In this document: piece by piece, positions 1 to 11,600 of the stretch
How positions within the stretch are numbered: position 1 is the stretch's first letter
Layout of the letters: the number at the start of each line of letters is the position of its first letter
Assembly (NCBI RefSeq): GCF_000143415.4
Contig: NW_003314262.1
Span: forward strand, 472,078-536,077
DNA from: Selaginella moellendorffii
Lineage: Eukaryota > Plantae > Lycopodiophyta
Direction of reading: 5' to 3'
Length of the DNA stretch: 64,000 bases
Translations under genes and position numbers: made by a program
The notes under the pieces: generated by a model
Database searches by the model: none
Seen by the model: the letters and a program-made list of their open reading frames with translations, nothing else
Told to the model about the DNA's origin: nothing

Positions 1-16
1 CTTTCATTATCGCTAA

Positions 17-88
17 GTCGTTGTAGTATAGTGGTGAGTATTTCCGCCTGTCACGCGGACGACCCGGGTTCGATCCCCGGCAATGGCG
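17..88 (+). tRNA. tRNA-Asp (GTC)
   Basis: GTCGTTGTAGTATAGTGGTGAGTATTTCCGCCTGTCACGCGGACGACCCGGGTTCGATCCCCGGCAATGGCG: 72 nt, near-identical to plant cytosolic tRNA-Asp. Anticodon stem TCCGC/GCGGA, GTTCGA T-loop, T-run Pol III terminator at ~97-102. Confidence 0.97.
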
Positions 89-429
89 ATACTCTATTTT
101 TTCACATTTATTACCATTCCAGAAAGAAGCGCGAATATCAATGAGATGGAGCTGCGCATAGATTTCTAGGTTTTCCTCTCGCGGCGCTGCGACAAACCGA
201 AGCGCATTTTGGAGGCGATCGATCGATCCAGCGCCGAATGCGCGTGCCGACCGAGGTCAGTGATTTCTTTCTTTCCCAAGAAAAGCGCGATCGATGCATT
301 TGTTTCCCTCCGGATCATCGTCACATGCATCCTCCTGCCTGGAAATGCGTGATCACATTTCTTTCTGGTAGGGTTCTTTCCAGAGATTTCTAGTGTCGCT
401 CCAGACAGCTCCTGGATTGATAATGACGG

Positions 430-450
430 GAGAGAGAGAGAGAGAGAGAG
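430..450. repeat. (GA)n microsatellite upstream of the kinase gene
   Basis: gagagagagagagagagagag. Confidence 0.85.
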
Positions 451-747
451 CGCTCTTTGTCTAGTTCCAGCACGATCCCATTGATTTTTTTTCTCTCATC
501 CATTATCGTAGTTAATGGATGATGGAAGTTTTTTTCCCTGAGTGACAGCATTTGATTTACTCCTGCCTGTCGTCTCCCAAAATCCCCGTCTTCATTCATG
601 TGGTGTCAAGGACTTTCTCTCCATTTCAAGTTGCTACATTGGATTCTCACGCAGTGTCTTCCAGGCAGGAGTGGATGAATGGCTCCAAAGTTTGGCGATC
701 GCTAAGGCGGAGCTCCATCCCATCCCTCTTCTCTCGTCGCGAAGAAG

Positions 748-3179
748 ATGCGGGCTCTCTTGGAGTCGCCTCCAGATCATGGAGGACGCCAGCGCTTTCA
801 TCCAGCAACCAGTCCGTCACACTCGCCAGAGATGGCTCTCATACTCGCATTTGCGATCGGTGGCGGAGTCACTCTCCTGGTGGTGTTCGTCGTCAGCGTC
901 CTCTTTCTCTACTACCGATTCAAGTCGAGCAAGACCAGCCCCTTCGATCCAGCAACAGTTCCTCGCCTCCAAAAGTTCTCCTACCGAGAGCTCAAGGCCG
1001 CCACAGGCTCGTTTAGCATCGAGAACAAGCTCGGGCAAGGGGGGTTTGGGCCGGTGCACAAGGGAGTTCTAAGGAATGGCCAGGTGGTGGCAGTCAAGAG
1101 CTTGGATTCGGCATCGCTCCAGGGGGAGAAAGAGTTCCAGAACGAGATGGCAGTGATAGGCAGTATCAGGTGTTCTCACATTGTCGGATTGATGGGCTAC
1201 TGCGCCGAGCGGAAGAAGAGGCTGCTGGTCTACGAGTACATGGCCAACCGGAGCTTGCAGGAGGCCCTCTTCCACGACGGCTATCCAGTGGAGCTGGACT
1301 GGAAGATGCGCTACAAGGTGATCCTGGACATCGCCCAAGCGCTCGCCTTCCTCCACTTTCGGTGCGAGCCGCCAATCATCCACGGCGACATCAAGCCCAG
1401 CAACGTTCTTCTGGACGACAAGCTTTGCGCCAGGCTTGCCGACTTCGGGCTGGCCAGAGTTAAGACGGAGGCGGCCCCAGACGTCCGGAGCGAGGACGTT
1501 CTTCTTAATGGCGAGGCCGCGCAGGATCACGACAGGGTGAAGGTGGAAAGATTTGTGAGGGACAGCGAGAAGTGGCATCACAAGAAGAAGATGAGGAAGG
1601 ATGCTCTCAGCAAGAAGAAGCGCTTGTCGGCGGGGAGTAGCGTGAGAGGGGCTCCACAACACCCAGTGGCTAGCGGCATTGATGACAAGCAGCAACAGTC
1701 AGGGGGATTCGAAGGAGTCGAGGAAAGGTTCAAGGCTCATCTTCCTCCCTGCGCAGCCTAAGTTGTGGAACGATGGTTGTTGACCAAACCGTGGAGACGA
1801 GCGCTGGAGGAATGAGGGTGGAGGAGGAGGAGGTGGGATTTTCTTTCCATAATGAGAGCGCAGCAGCAGCAGCTGCAGCGGACAACACACCGCCACCACC
1901 ATCAAGCCCTCGAGTTGATGGCGCTTGCTGGAAAGTGGAAAGCCGACGATCTCTAGGGGCCGATAGAAATGAAGATGGGACCAGCCAAGTCGTCTCTAGT
2001 CCAGCAGCTGCGAGTGACAACATTAATGTTGGTCACAGGAGGGAGAGGAGGAAAAGCACAGAGTGGTGGTGGAAGCAGCAAGACGAGCGGGACGAGACCA
2101 ACGCGATTGTCAAGGACTACACGGTGGATTGGCTCTCGTGCCAGGTGAAGAGTGGGCGATCCAGGAGCAGGGACTGGGGCGACGCGAGCGTTGGAAACTC
2201 CTTCCAGGGGAAGAACAGCGTTCGAGAATGCTCAAGGAGCCGGATCCAAGCCATGAGAACGTTCCAGCTCTCAATCTTCGGTAAGTGCTTTCCATTCAAG
2301 CACGGGATCCGCCAGCGATGGAAGAGAAAGAAAAAGCAGCACAGGAGCAGGGACGTGAGTGGAAATCTTACCAAGAGCAGGGAATGGTGGAGAGAGGAAT
2401 ACCTCGAGGACCTGTGCAACAAGAGCAGGGAGCTCAAAGGCGGCAAGAAGATGTCCTCGCAGAGCCGGAGCCGCGACTTGTCTTCGTGTAGCTTCGACTT
2501 TAGCGGCGATCTCTCGAGCAAATACCAGCACCAGCCGCAGGGTGGAGGAGGAGGAGGCCGAGAGTGGTGGAGTGGCGACTTACTCCACTGGATCCACAGG
2601 CGGGGCGACTCCGGGACGATCGACTTTAGCGGCGAGCTCAACAGCTTCAGCCGCGAGCTCCGCTCCAGGGAGAGAACTCTGAGCCGGGAGAGATGGAGCG
2701 GCGAGCTGGGGAGCCGCGGGGCAGTGAGCAGCACGACGAGCATGCGAGGGACGGTGTGCTACGCGGCGCCCGAGTATGGCGGCGCCGGGATCCTGTCTGA
2801 GAAGAGCGACGTCTACAGCTTTGGAGTGCTGGTGCTGGTGATCGTGGCGGGGCGGAGGCCGCTCCAGGTGGTGTCACCGAGCGTGGAATTCGAGCGCGCC
2901 AATCTCACGTCGTGGGCGAGGCACCTGGTTCACAACGGGGACGTGCTGGAGCTCGTGGATCCATCGCTGCGAGGGGAGTTCTCGCGCGAGCAGGCGGCGC
3001 TGTGCATCATGGTGGCGCTCCAGTGCATCCAGCGGCTCCCGGCGTCGCGGCCGTCCATGGCGGAGGTCGTCCGCGTCGTGTCGGGCGAGGCGCAGCTCCC
3101 GCCGCTGGAGCTCTTCTCGCCATCGCCGCAGAAGATCCAAGAGCACCACACCGTGGAGCTCCCTCTCCTTGTGCCCTAA
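748..3179 (+). CDS. Receptor-like kinase, RLCK-XI type (At2g45590/At4g25390-like): N-terminal TM helix, kinase domain split by a long insert
   Basis: GQGGFG, VAVK, HGDIKPSN and DFG in ORF 748-1761; insert with WWWKQ/REWW motifs, then SMRGTVCYAAPEY and DVYSFG in ORF 1773-3179. A GT..AG intron at 1698-1756 (or 1728-1756) joins the two frames. Confidence 0.88.
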
Positions 3180-3346
3180 AAATGTAAAGGCGAAGTTATC
3201 CTTTAAGTTAAAGTTGTTAATAATCCTGTAATGAGGATTAAATTAGGCTAATTGTTAATCAATTTTAATTAGAAATTTAACCTCAGTTAGCGGTGCTTAC
3301 TTTTGAAATTGTGAAAATTTACAATGCATTTTTAGGGCATTTCGCG

Positions 3347-6037
3347 ATGAGCGCCAAGGGACCGCAGCCGCGCGGCGTCTACTCGGGTAAGGTCTCTCGG
3401 ATCGCTGGGCCGGGATGCTTTGTGGAGCTTGCGGGGCCATGGGGAATCAACGAGGGCGTCGTCTACGCGGCGCAGGGATTAGTGATGCAAGGGCAAGAGG
3501 TTTGGGTCAAGGTAGTGTCGGCGAATGGGCAGAGAGTAGTGCTATCCATGAGCGATGTCGATCAGAGGACAGGGAGGGAAGTCGTGGCTTACACCGGTGG
3601 GGTGTTCGCTTCGGTGGAATCGTCACAGGTTTTTTCTTCTAGGCCGCCTAGTTCTAGACTCGGACTGGGATCCAGGCATGGGAATTTGAGAAAAAGGATA
3701 CTGGAGGAAATAGAAGATGATGGTTGTCATGTCGAGCAAGTCGAGGTGGAACTTAAAGAGGCCAAGCCCGAGTTCCTTCGCCAGCAGCACACCGCATTGG
3801 TGGAGGTTATCGAAGAACCAGTTGAGTTTGATCAAGAGAAACCAAAGTTTATCAAGCCTTCCACGGACAAGCTCCACGCTTTTGGCAGGAAAGGATCGTC
3901 CAAGGAGGTCGAGAAGCAAGCATCTTCCAGCTCGATCGCAAAGAAGCCACCGGATAAGCCACAAAAAAATCATCCTTCTCATCGCGAGATCGCTGCAAAC
4001 GCTCGAGTCAAGAGGCCGAGAGTCCAGTTTAAGAGAGACAGGGAAGTAAATCCTGCGATTCTAAAGCAACGACAGGGACTTCCAATATATGGTTTGAGGG
4101 AGAAACTGCTAGAGGCTGTTCGAGAAAACCAGGTTCTTCTAGTTATAGGTGAGACGGGATCGGGAAAATCAACGCAGATAACTCAGTTCCTCGCGGAAGA
4201 AGGCTACACTTCGAATGGAATGATCGGTTGCACGCAGCCCCGAAGGATTGCTGCGACGTCCGTGGCAAAACGAGTCGCCGAGGAGTTTGGATGTCGTCTC
4301 GGCGAGGAGGTCGGCTACGCTATTCGTTTCGAGGACATCACGAGTTCTCAGACTGTCATCAAGTATATGACGGATGGAATGCTGCTCAGGGAGATTCTCA
4401 TGGACAGAAACCTTTCCTCGTACTCGGTGGTGATGCTGGACGAAGTTCACGAGAGAACCGTCGATACTGACGTGCTTCTCGGATTGCTCAAGGATTTACT
4501 CCGACGCCGTCCGGAGTTTCGACTGATTGTCACCTCGGCTACGCTCGACGCGGACAAGTTCTCGCAGTACTTTTTCGGGTGTGTCACCTTTCATATTCCC
4601 GGGAGAACTTTCCCCGTGGAAGTGATCCACTCGAAGCTGCCGGAGCCGGACTACTTGGCCGCGTCGGTGTCTACTGTGCTGGGAATCCATGTCAGGGAAC
4701 CCGAAGGCGACATCTTACTGTTTCTCACGGGCCAGGAAGAGATTGAGACGACCTGCCAGGCTCTACAGGAAAAGATGCGAGCGCTGGGTCCTGGCCTGCC
4801 AACTTTGGTCATCTTGCCGGCGTACAGTGCACTCCCGGCCGAGAGTTTATCAAAGATTTTCGATCCAACACCTCCAGGCAGGAGAAAAGTTGTGGTTGCA
4901 ACGAACATCGCAGAGGCTTCCCTGACGATCGACGGGATTTACTACGTGGTGGACTCGGGTTATGTCAAGGAACACCGCTACAACGCAAAGCTTGGGCTGG
5001 ACTCGCTGGTTATTTGTCCGATATCACAGGCATCGGCAAAACAGCGTGCTGGTCGTGCCGGTCGAACAGGTCCTGGAGTATGCTATCGACTCTATCCGGA
5101 GAACACGCTACAAAGCGAGATGCTCCCGTCAACCGTGCCTGAAATCCAGAGAACCAATCTCGGAAGCACGGTGCTAAATCTCAAGGCAATTCTCCGCGAG
5201 GACGACATCTTTTCTTTCGACTTTCTGGATCGACCGGCTGATCACGCTCTCAGTTCGGCGATGGAGCAGCTCTATAGCTTGGGTGCTCTCGACGATGGCG
5301 GTCATATCACCAAACTGGGCTTGAAGATGGTGGAGTTTCCGATGGAGCCTTTGCTGTCGAGGATGCTTCTGGCCAGTGTGGAGCTCGGCTGTAGCGACGA
5401 GATCATCACCATCATCTCCATGTTGCAAGCTCAGAGCGTTTTCTACCGGCCTTTGGACAAGCAGTCGGAGGCGGACAGGAAAAAAGCCCGGTTTTTCCAG
5501 AGTGGTGGAGACTGCCTCACGCTTCTAGCCGTCTACGAGAGCTGGAAGGCGAGTGGCTTCGCGGCCGGATGGTGCCACAGCAACTTTGTTCGCGTGGAAG
5601 CTCTCCAACGAGCTCACGACGTGAGGAAAGAGCTGCTGAGCACCATGGAAGACAAGGGACTGGCAGTGGTGAGCGCTGGAAGCGACAACTCCAAGATCAG
5701 GAAGGGGATTTGCGCGGGGCTTTTCTACCACGCCGCGCGGAGAGATCCCGAGGGAGGCTACCGGACTTTAGTTGGAAACCAGCGAGTGTTCATCCATCCG
5801 GGGAGCTCGCTAGCTCATCGAGGCTCGCCAAAATGGGTGGTTTACCAGGAGCTGCTCATGACGAGCAAGGAGTTTATGCAAGGAGTGACATCGATCGAAT
5901 CGAGCTGGCTGATCGAACTGGCACCGAGGATTTTCCAAACCGCGAGCAGCAGCAAGCGAAGAAAACTGGAGAGGCTCGAGCCTTTGTCCGGGGCCAAGAC
6001 GAACGCGGCAAGAAGGAACAGATTTCATATCAATTGA
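3347..6037 (+). CDS. DEAH-box splicing helicase PRP22/DHX8-like with S1 domain; intronless and divergent
   Basis: N-terminal S1-like domain; GETGSGKST, TQPRR, TDGMLLRE, DEVH, SAT, QRAGRAGR motifs; HA2 and OB-fold regions. First ATG at 3347. Confidence 0.92.
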   Translation: MSAKGPQPRGVYSGKVSRIAGPGCFVELAGPWGINEGVVYAAQGLVMQGQEVWVKVVSANGQRVVLSMSDVDQRTGREVVAYTGGVFASVESSQVFSSRPPSSRLGLGSRHGNLRKRILEEIEDDGCHVEQVEVELKEAKPEFLRQQHTALVEVIEEPVEFDQEKPKFIKPSTDKLHAFGRKGSSKEVEKQASSSSIAKKPPDKPQKNHPSHREIAANARVKRPRVQFKRDREVNPAILKQRQGLPIYGLREKLLEAVRENQVLLVIGETGSGKSTQITQFLAEEGYTSNGMIGCTQPRRIAATSVAKRVAEEFGCRLGEEVGYAIRFEDITSSQTVIKYMTDGMLLREILMDRNLSSYSVVMLDEVHERTVDTDVLLGLLKDLLRRRPEFRLIVTSATLDADKFSQYFFGCVTFHIPGRTFPVEVIHSKLPEPDYLAASVSTVLGIHVREPEGDILLFLTGQEEIETTCQALQEKMRALGPGLPTLVILPAYSALPAESLSKIFDPTPPGRRKVVVATNIAEASLTIDGIYYVVDSGYVKEHRYNAKLGLDSLVICPISQASAKQRAGRAGRTGPGVCYRLYPENTLQSEMLPSTVPEIQRTNLGSTVLNLKAILREDDIFSFDFLDRPADHALSSAMEQLYSLGALDDGGHITKLGLKMVEFPMEPLLSRMLLASVELGCSDEIITIISMLQAQSVFYRPLDKQSEADRKKARFFQSGGDCLTLLAVYESWKASGFAAGWCHSNFVRVEALQRAHDVRKELLSTMEDKGLAVVSAGSDNSKIRKGICAGLFYHAARRDPEGGYRTLVGNQRVFIHPGSSLAHRGSPKWVVYQELLMTSKEFMQGVTSIESSWLIELAPRIFQTASSSKRRKLERLEPLSGAKTNAARRNRFHIN

Positions 6038-6271
6038 GCGCGCGAGGGAGAAGAGTTTAAACTTGGGCCGTTGGATGTGGCCTCGATAGGACGGCTGCAA
6101 GTGGCGATCCCAGTCCTCGATGGAGATTGGCCTGTGTATGTATATATAGGGCTCTTGAGACACTGCCCGTGCTGTTGAATCGTTGCTCCTCTTCTTCCAC
6201 GCTCGCCTGGATTTCTTCCCTCGCTCCTCAATTCTTGGGAGATTTCTTCCGCGTAGCGTTGAGATTTCGCG

Positions 6272-6670
6272 ATGGCTGGTGGAGGCCGTGGGAAATCCGC
6301 GGGCAAGAAGGCCGTGTCGAGGAGCGCCAAGGCGGGGCTCCAATTCCCGGTGGGGAGGATCGCCAGGTTCTTGAAGCATGGGAAATACGCCGAGCGCGTC
6401 GGCGCTGGAGCGCCCGTCTACATGGCCGCGGTGATGGAGTACCTGGCGGCGGAGGTGTTGGAGCTGGCAGGAAACGCCGCGCGCGACAACAAGAAGAACA
6501 GGATCGTCCCCAGGCACATCCAGCTCGCGGTGAGGAACGATGAGGAGCTGAGCAAGCTTCTCGGGCATGTCACGATCGCGAGCGGCGGTGTTCTTCCCAA
6601 CATCCATTCGGTGCTTCTCCCCAAGAAATCGGCCACCTCAGGCGGCAGCAAGGCCACCGATTCGGACTAG
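6272..6670 (+). CDS. H2A: Histone H2A (canonical type)
   Basis: [35 protein letters not shown]; no SQEF or KSPKK tail; TATA box at ~6141-6148. Confidence 0.98.
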   Translation: MAGGGRGKSAGKKAVSRSAKAGLQFPVGRIARFLKHGKYAERVGAGAPVYMAAVMEYLAAEVLELAGNAARDNKKNRIVPRHIQLAVRNDEELSKLLGHVTIASGGVLPNIHSVLLPKKSATSGGSKATDSD

Positions 6671-6872
6671 ACGGCGCGGCGATCGCAAGATCTCCTAGAT
6701 TTCTTTCTCACAGTGCAATGTACCATACACACACTTGTAATTCTTTCTAACTTACAGAAATTTCGAGCTTGGATCCATTCCATCCATTGATCAATCTAGG
6801 AAGAACACTTGCTAGCTTGGAAATCTTTGAATCCATTCATCGCTCAATCCAATCTTGCGACTCTACCTGGCT

Positions 6873-7274
6873 CTAAACCCTGGAAGATTTGTGACGCATC
6901 GAGCTGGAGATATTTCCAGAAACCTGGGCGATTGCGCGGAAGAGATGGGGAGCTCCATCGAAGAGGCCCCGGATTGCGCTGCCCGACGCGACCCCGGCAG
7001 CGAAGATTTGCGCGATGCCGGGCTTCGAATCCAGCGCCATCTCCAGCCGCGAGAGCTTCTTGTCCAGATCCCTCACCGCCTGCCCGACATTCACGACCTG
7101 GGACTCGAGCAATGCGATGCGCTCGGGCTGGATTTGCTGCCGCCGGAGCGAGAGAGCCAGCGCCTTCTGGAGCGATTCCACTGCCTTCTCGCAGGCCTGC
7201 TCCTGATTCAAGCCCTTGGATTTGTAGTAGGCGATTACCTCCGCGGGCTTGGGCGTCCTTCGCTCGGCCGCCAT
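6873..7274 (-). CDS. Small conserved plant protein of unknown function (coiled coil plus C-terminal hydrophobic segment)
   Basis: 133-aa ATG ORF with EVIAYY..GL...A...VE.LQ and LDSKPG...GVA pattern, recalled from uncharacterised land-plant proteins. Confidence 0.7.
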   Translation of the reverse strand: MAAERRTPKPAEVIAYYKSKGLNQEQACEKAVESLQKALALSLRRQQIQPERIALLESQVVNVGQAVRDLDKKLSRLEMALDSKPGIAQIFAAGVASGSAIRGLFDGAPHLFRAIAQVSGNISSSMRHKSSRV

Positions 7275-7319
7275 TGGAAATAAATCTAGAGCTCTAGAGA
7301 AATATTTTAGGGTTCTTCA

Positions 7320-8405
7320 ATGGCGAGGAGCGCGGAATGTGAGGGAGGCGCCAAGGGTGCGTGTTTCTTCCGCCCAATGCATGCCTTTTCTTGAGCTTAA
7401 AGCTTGTTCCTGGGCAGATCTAGCGATCGGGAGCGGCGATTTCCAGATTCTCAAGGTAGTGTGTCTCGAGGATTGATTTGGAGGAATTCTTCGTGATTTC
7501 CAGGAGGAGCTGCGCTATTCGCGCTACCTCAACGTCTACAATCGCATTGTGGAGGTTAGTTCTTGAGGTAAAATCCCTGTGCTCCGCTGCTCCATAGATG
7601 AGATCTCGCTGACTTTAACTCTTTCGTTTTGTGGCTGGATGGATCTATAGTATCCCCCCGATGCACAGGATGCCCGCAAGGTCGTAGAATACGACATTGT
7701 AGGCTCCAGGACAGTGTCGTTCCATTTCTGTGCCGTCATGCCTTTCGACTCGAAAAGCAAGCTTGTGACTTTGATCAAGGAGTACGCGCAGGTATCAACC
7801 TTTCTTTTCTTTTGGTTCCTACTTTCACTTCTGGAGTTCGAAAACACAGGGATCGAATGGAATGATGTTTAGTTTGCCTTGCGGTGGCCTCTCGAAAAGC
7901 CATACTTCTCTGGAAGATTGTGCAATGAAGGAGCTGTCCGAGGAGGTAATGGATTGATTTCTCTGTTTGTTGTTTCTTATTTCCTTCTTCAAAACATTTG
8001 GAAGGCTCACTTGCACGATGGCAAGCTTGTAAAGCTGATTGGCGACGACCATCCTGGTTTGCTCGAGGTAAACCTGTGATAATCACAGAGTTTGTCAAGT
8101 TCACTGTTATATTTGTTCTTGTTCTTCTCAATACAGGTAAAATGGTGCAGGAATAGATTCACTCCATATCTGATCCTGGATCCTCTGGTACTGTAATTTC
8201 ATTTCAAGCAATTCTTTGCTCATGGACGGCAGATTTGCAGATCGATCCAAACCCGAGACCACGAGATAGTGAGGAGTATATGGAAATTGTGAGAGTGGAC
8301 TTGGAAGAATTAGACAAGATCATGTTCAGTGGCCAGATGATGCTACCATCGATTGTGACTTGCTCCATGGGGCTAAGGTACCTCAAGAAACATCATATCT
8401 TATAG
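7320..8405 (+). CDS. Nudix hydrolase (about 8 exons; not in ORF track)
   Basis: Hand-spliced GT-AG exons give ...VVEYDIVGS...LIKEYAQGSNGMMFSLPCGGLSKSHTSLEDCAMKELSEEAHL...KWCRNRFTPYL...PRDSEEYMEIVRVDLEEL...; variant Nudix box and ADPRase-like C-terminus. Confidence 0.85.
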
Positions 8406-8621
8406 CCAAAACCAGGAAACAACTCTTCAATAACTAGCTGATAAAAGATGAACATGTGCCTGCTATTTTTAGATTTTACTTTGACCTTTTCCAGTGGTAA
8501 GTTTTTCTTTAATTTTTCTAATGCTACTTTTATCAAGTTGTTCAGGTAAATTTGAAATTTTATTTCATCTAATAATTTACATGTTTAATTTTTGGTATTT
8601 AATCAACTTATTTATTCTTGG

Positions 8622-11600
8622 TGTTTAATCAGGAAAGGGAACACAGAAAATATGCATATCAATTAACTCAAAAACCCTAACTTATATACAAGAGCAAGTG
8701 GTCCGGATTGAAATTAATCTGATGGCTACTAAAATCCCATTACACTAATATTAGTATATGATATTGTAACTGTACAGTTGAACCTCACATCATCCCCTCC
8801 TCTTAAAATAATGGAAGACCATCAAGATTCTCTTGTAGATGCTTTGAGATTTGGTGGAACATCAAGAGGAGTCATCGATGGATCTGTAGGTAGTATCAGT
8901 TGTTTCTGATCTGTTTGTATAAAGCATTTCAACTACTACACATGCACAATTTCTGGAGGATTGGCTTGCTGGATGTCATGCCAAACCTCATAAATTTGTG
9001 ATCTAACTTGCCACAACACTTGATACAGTCTTTATTACTGAGCAAGGAGCCCCTTAGATAAACCATATACTATAAGATAGGGAAAACAGACTAACACCAA
9101 GTCATCCACTTTGTACTCTGTAGGTAGACGATGATGGGAATTGTAGCACCGTTGTTGTCCCACTTGTATATGGCCTAGGTGTTCGGTAGACTCTACTCAG
9201 ACAAGTGGAAGAATGCTCATCAAATACTGATCCCACGACATAGTATCGACAGCTCGTGGCAATTGCAAAGGTAAACCCAGCTCCGTTGATAATATTGAAT
9301 CATGATTATATAGGAGTTTATATAGTGAAGCACCAATAGAACTCTGCACCTTTGTGACATATACATACTAAAGAGACAACAAATAACTATCTCAATCCGA
9401 ATGTTGAAAGTTTATGTACTTCATGATCATCCCTTTGAATGTCCGAACAAACCGTTCCACCAAATCATCAGACTATGAATGATAAACACTCGTGAAAGTG
9501 TGGTGTATCCCTAACTGAGATGTCAAAACATGAAATGCCTTAGCCATAAATGCAGGACCATTATCCGAAAGAATTTACTCTAGACAAGAATACTGTAACA
9601 CTACTTAATTGAGGAGGAAGTATCCAACAGCAATTGCAGAGGCACTAATAAGAGCACCAACTTCCACCCAATGAGGTAAATAATCAGAAGTAATAACAAC
9701 ATATTCATTGCCAACAGTTGACCGTGGAAAAGGTCCTATAAGATTAAATGCCATCAACTCAAACGGACAGGAAATTGCAATTGACTCCAACCGTCCTTCC
9801 ATGGCACGAGGGGGAGTATTACGAACTTGGCACCAAATGCAGCTATGCATATACCGGATAATATCACGTCGCATCTTCATCTAATAAAAAGACTTATGCA
9901 GCTTCTCAGTCACACGACAATGTCCCATATGCCCACCTAGAATTGAAGAATCATGGCAAATATGGAGAAACCGTGGAATAAAGACAAAAGGCACCACCAG
10001 CTGTAAATGATCATCAAGATCCATTCCACAAAATAAAGAAGGCTGTCTTCAAGGTGATATTGAGAATATAAATTCTAGAATGGAAAATCATCAGTAAGTG
10101 ATGCAAGATTCTCAAACACTTCTTGAAGCTTTCAAATCCACGGCTCAATTTTTTGAGCCTTCATGAACGTTATAAAGAGAAGGTAGGTTTTGCTCTGCAC
10201 CTTATGGACACTGAATATTAAGTACAATAACCACCATTGGCACAGAATCCTTGTCTAGAAAATCCACAAATGCTAGAATAACAAGTTCGTCATAAATATG
10301 AGAAGACAACGAAAAAGGAAGAGGAGCTCGAAAAAGGGCATCAACATTAGTTCCGTTGCATCCGGGGGATACATACCATCCCANNNNNNNNNNNNNNNNN
10401 NNNNNNNNNNNNNNNNNNNNNNNNNNNNNNNNNNNNNNNNNNNNNNNNNNNNNNNNNNNNNNNNNNNNNNNNNNNNNNNNNNNTTTTAGTAATGTCCGAG
10501 AACTAAATAAATATGCATGAAGTTTCTCGAAACCCTAGATTGCTGCTAAACACTCCTCTATTATGGAGTAGTTCACCTTTGCCGGTTGTAATGTACGGTT
10601 GATGTATGTAATGTGCTAACTAGGCATACTTAGGCTTTTTTGCACCTCCAAGACCAATATTAGAAGCATCCATATGCAAAATGAAAGGTTGAGTGTAATT
10701 AGGATACATCAAAATTGGAGGAGTTGTCAATATCTCTTTGAGATCTATGAATGCTTACTCACAATCCGTAGGCCAAATGAAAGATGACGTTAACAACTTC
10801 AACAACGCTCGCAATAATGTAGTGTGATCAGAAAAATGATCCACAAAATGACCGAGATACTACACCTTGCTCAGGAAGTGCTACACATCATTCATACACT
10901 TCGGATTATGAAACTTTAGAATAGCCACAAATTTGTCAGGATCAACTTGCAAACCCTCCTGAGAAATATGGTACCCAAGATAAGTTGTGTCCTTGGATCC
11001 AAATACGCACTTCGACTACTTCAACTTTAAACCAACGTCCTATGGCCGATCCAACACTTTACAAATATCATGAACGTGTTCCTCCCATGTCCCCTCCGAG
11101 TGGATCAAGACATCATCAATAAAGTCAGCAGTCACCTTCAGCATATCATAAAGAACTTTGTCCATTATTCGCTGGAAAGTTGTTGGAGCATTGTTCAAAC
11201 CAAGCATTACTAAGAACTTGTACAAACCAAACGGTGTATGAAAAACAGTCTTAAGAATATCTTTTTCTGCCATCGGTACTTGCTAGTACCCAAAAGCAAG
11301 ATCTAGCAACGATCTAAGAGATCAGCAGTGTGAGGAAGAGGTACACATCTGGGATTATCACTTTGTTTAATGGATGATAGTTGATGCAGAAACAAATACT
11401 CCCATCAGGCTTCGTCATAAGATGAGGTTCACATGCCTAAGAACTCCATGACTTTTGAATAACACCCTTTTTCAACATCTCCTTAACGTTTGCATGTAAA
11501 ATCTTGATTTCTTTGAGGGACCAACGATGAACAAAAACCTTGATTGGATGAGCACCCTCAGTTGGAATTGAATGACATGTGGCAATCTTGGCCCCAAATG

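Noticed and set aside
5810-6607. 265-aa antisense ORF over H2A, and similar shadow ORFs over other GC-rich exons
   Set aside because: Expected by-product of GC-rich codon usage; no independent motifs.
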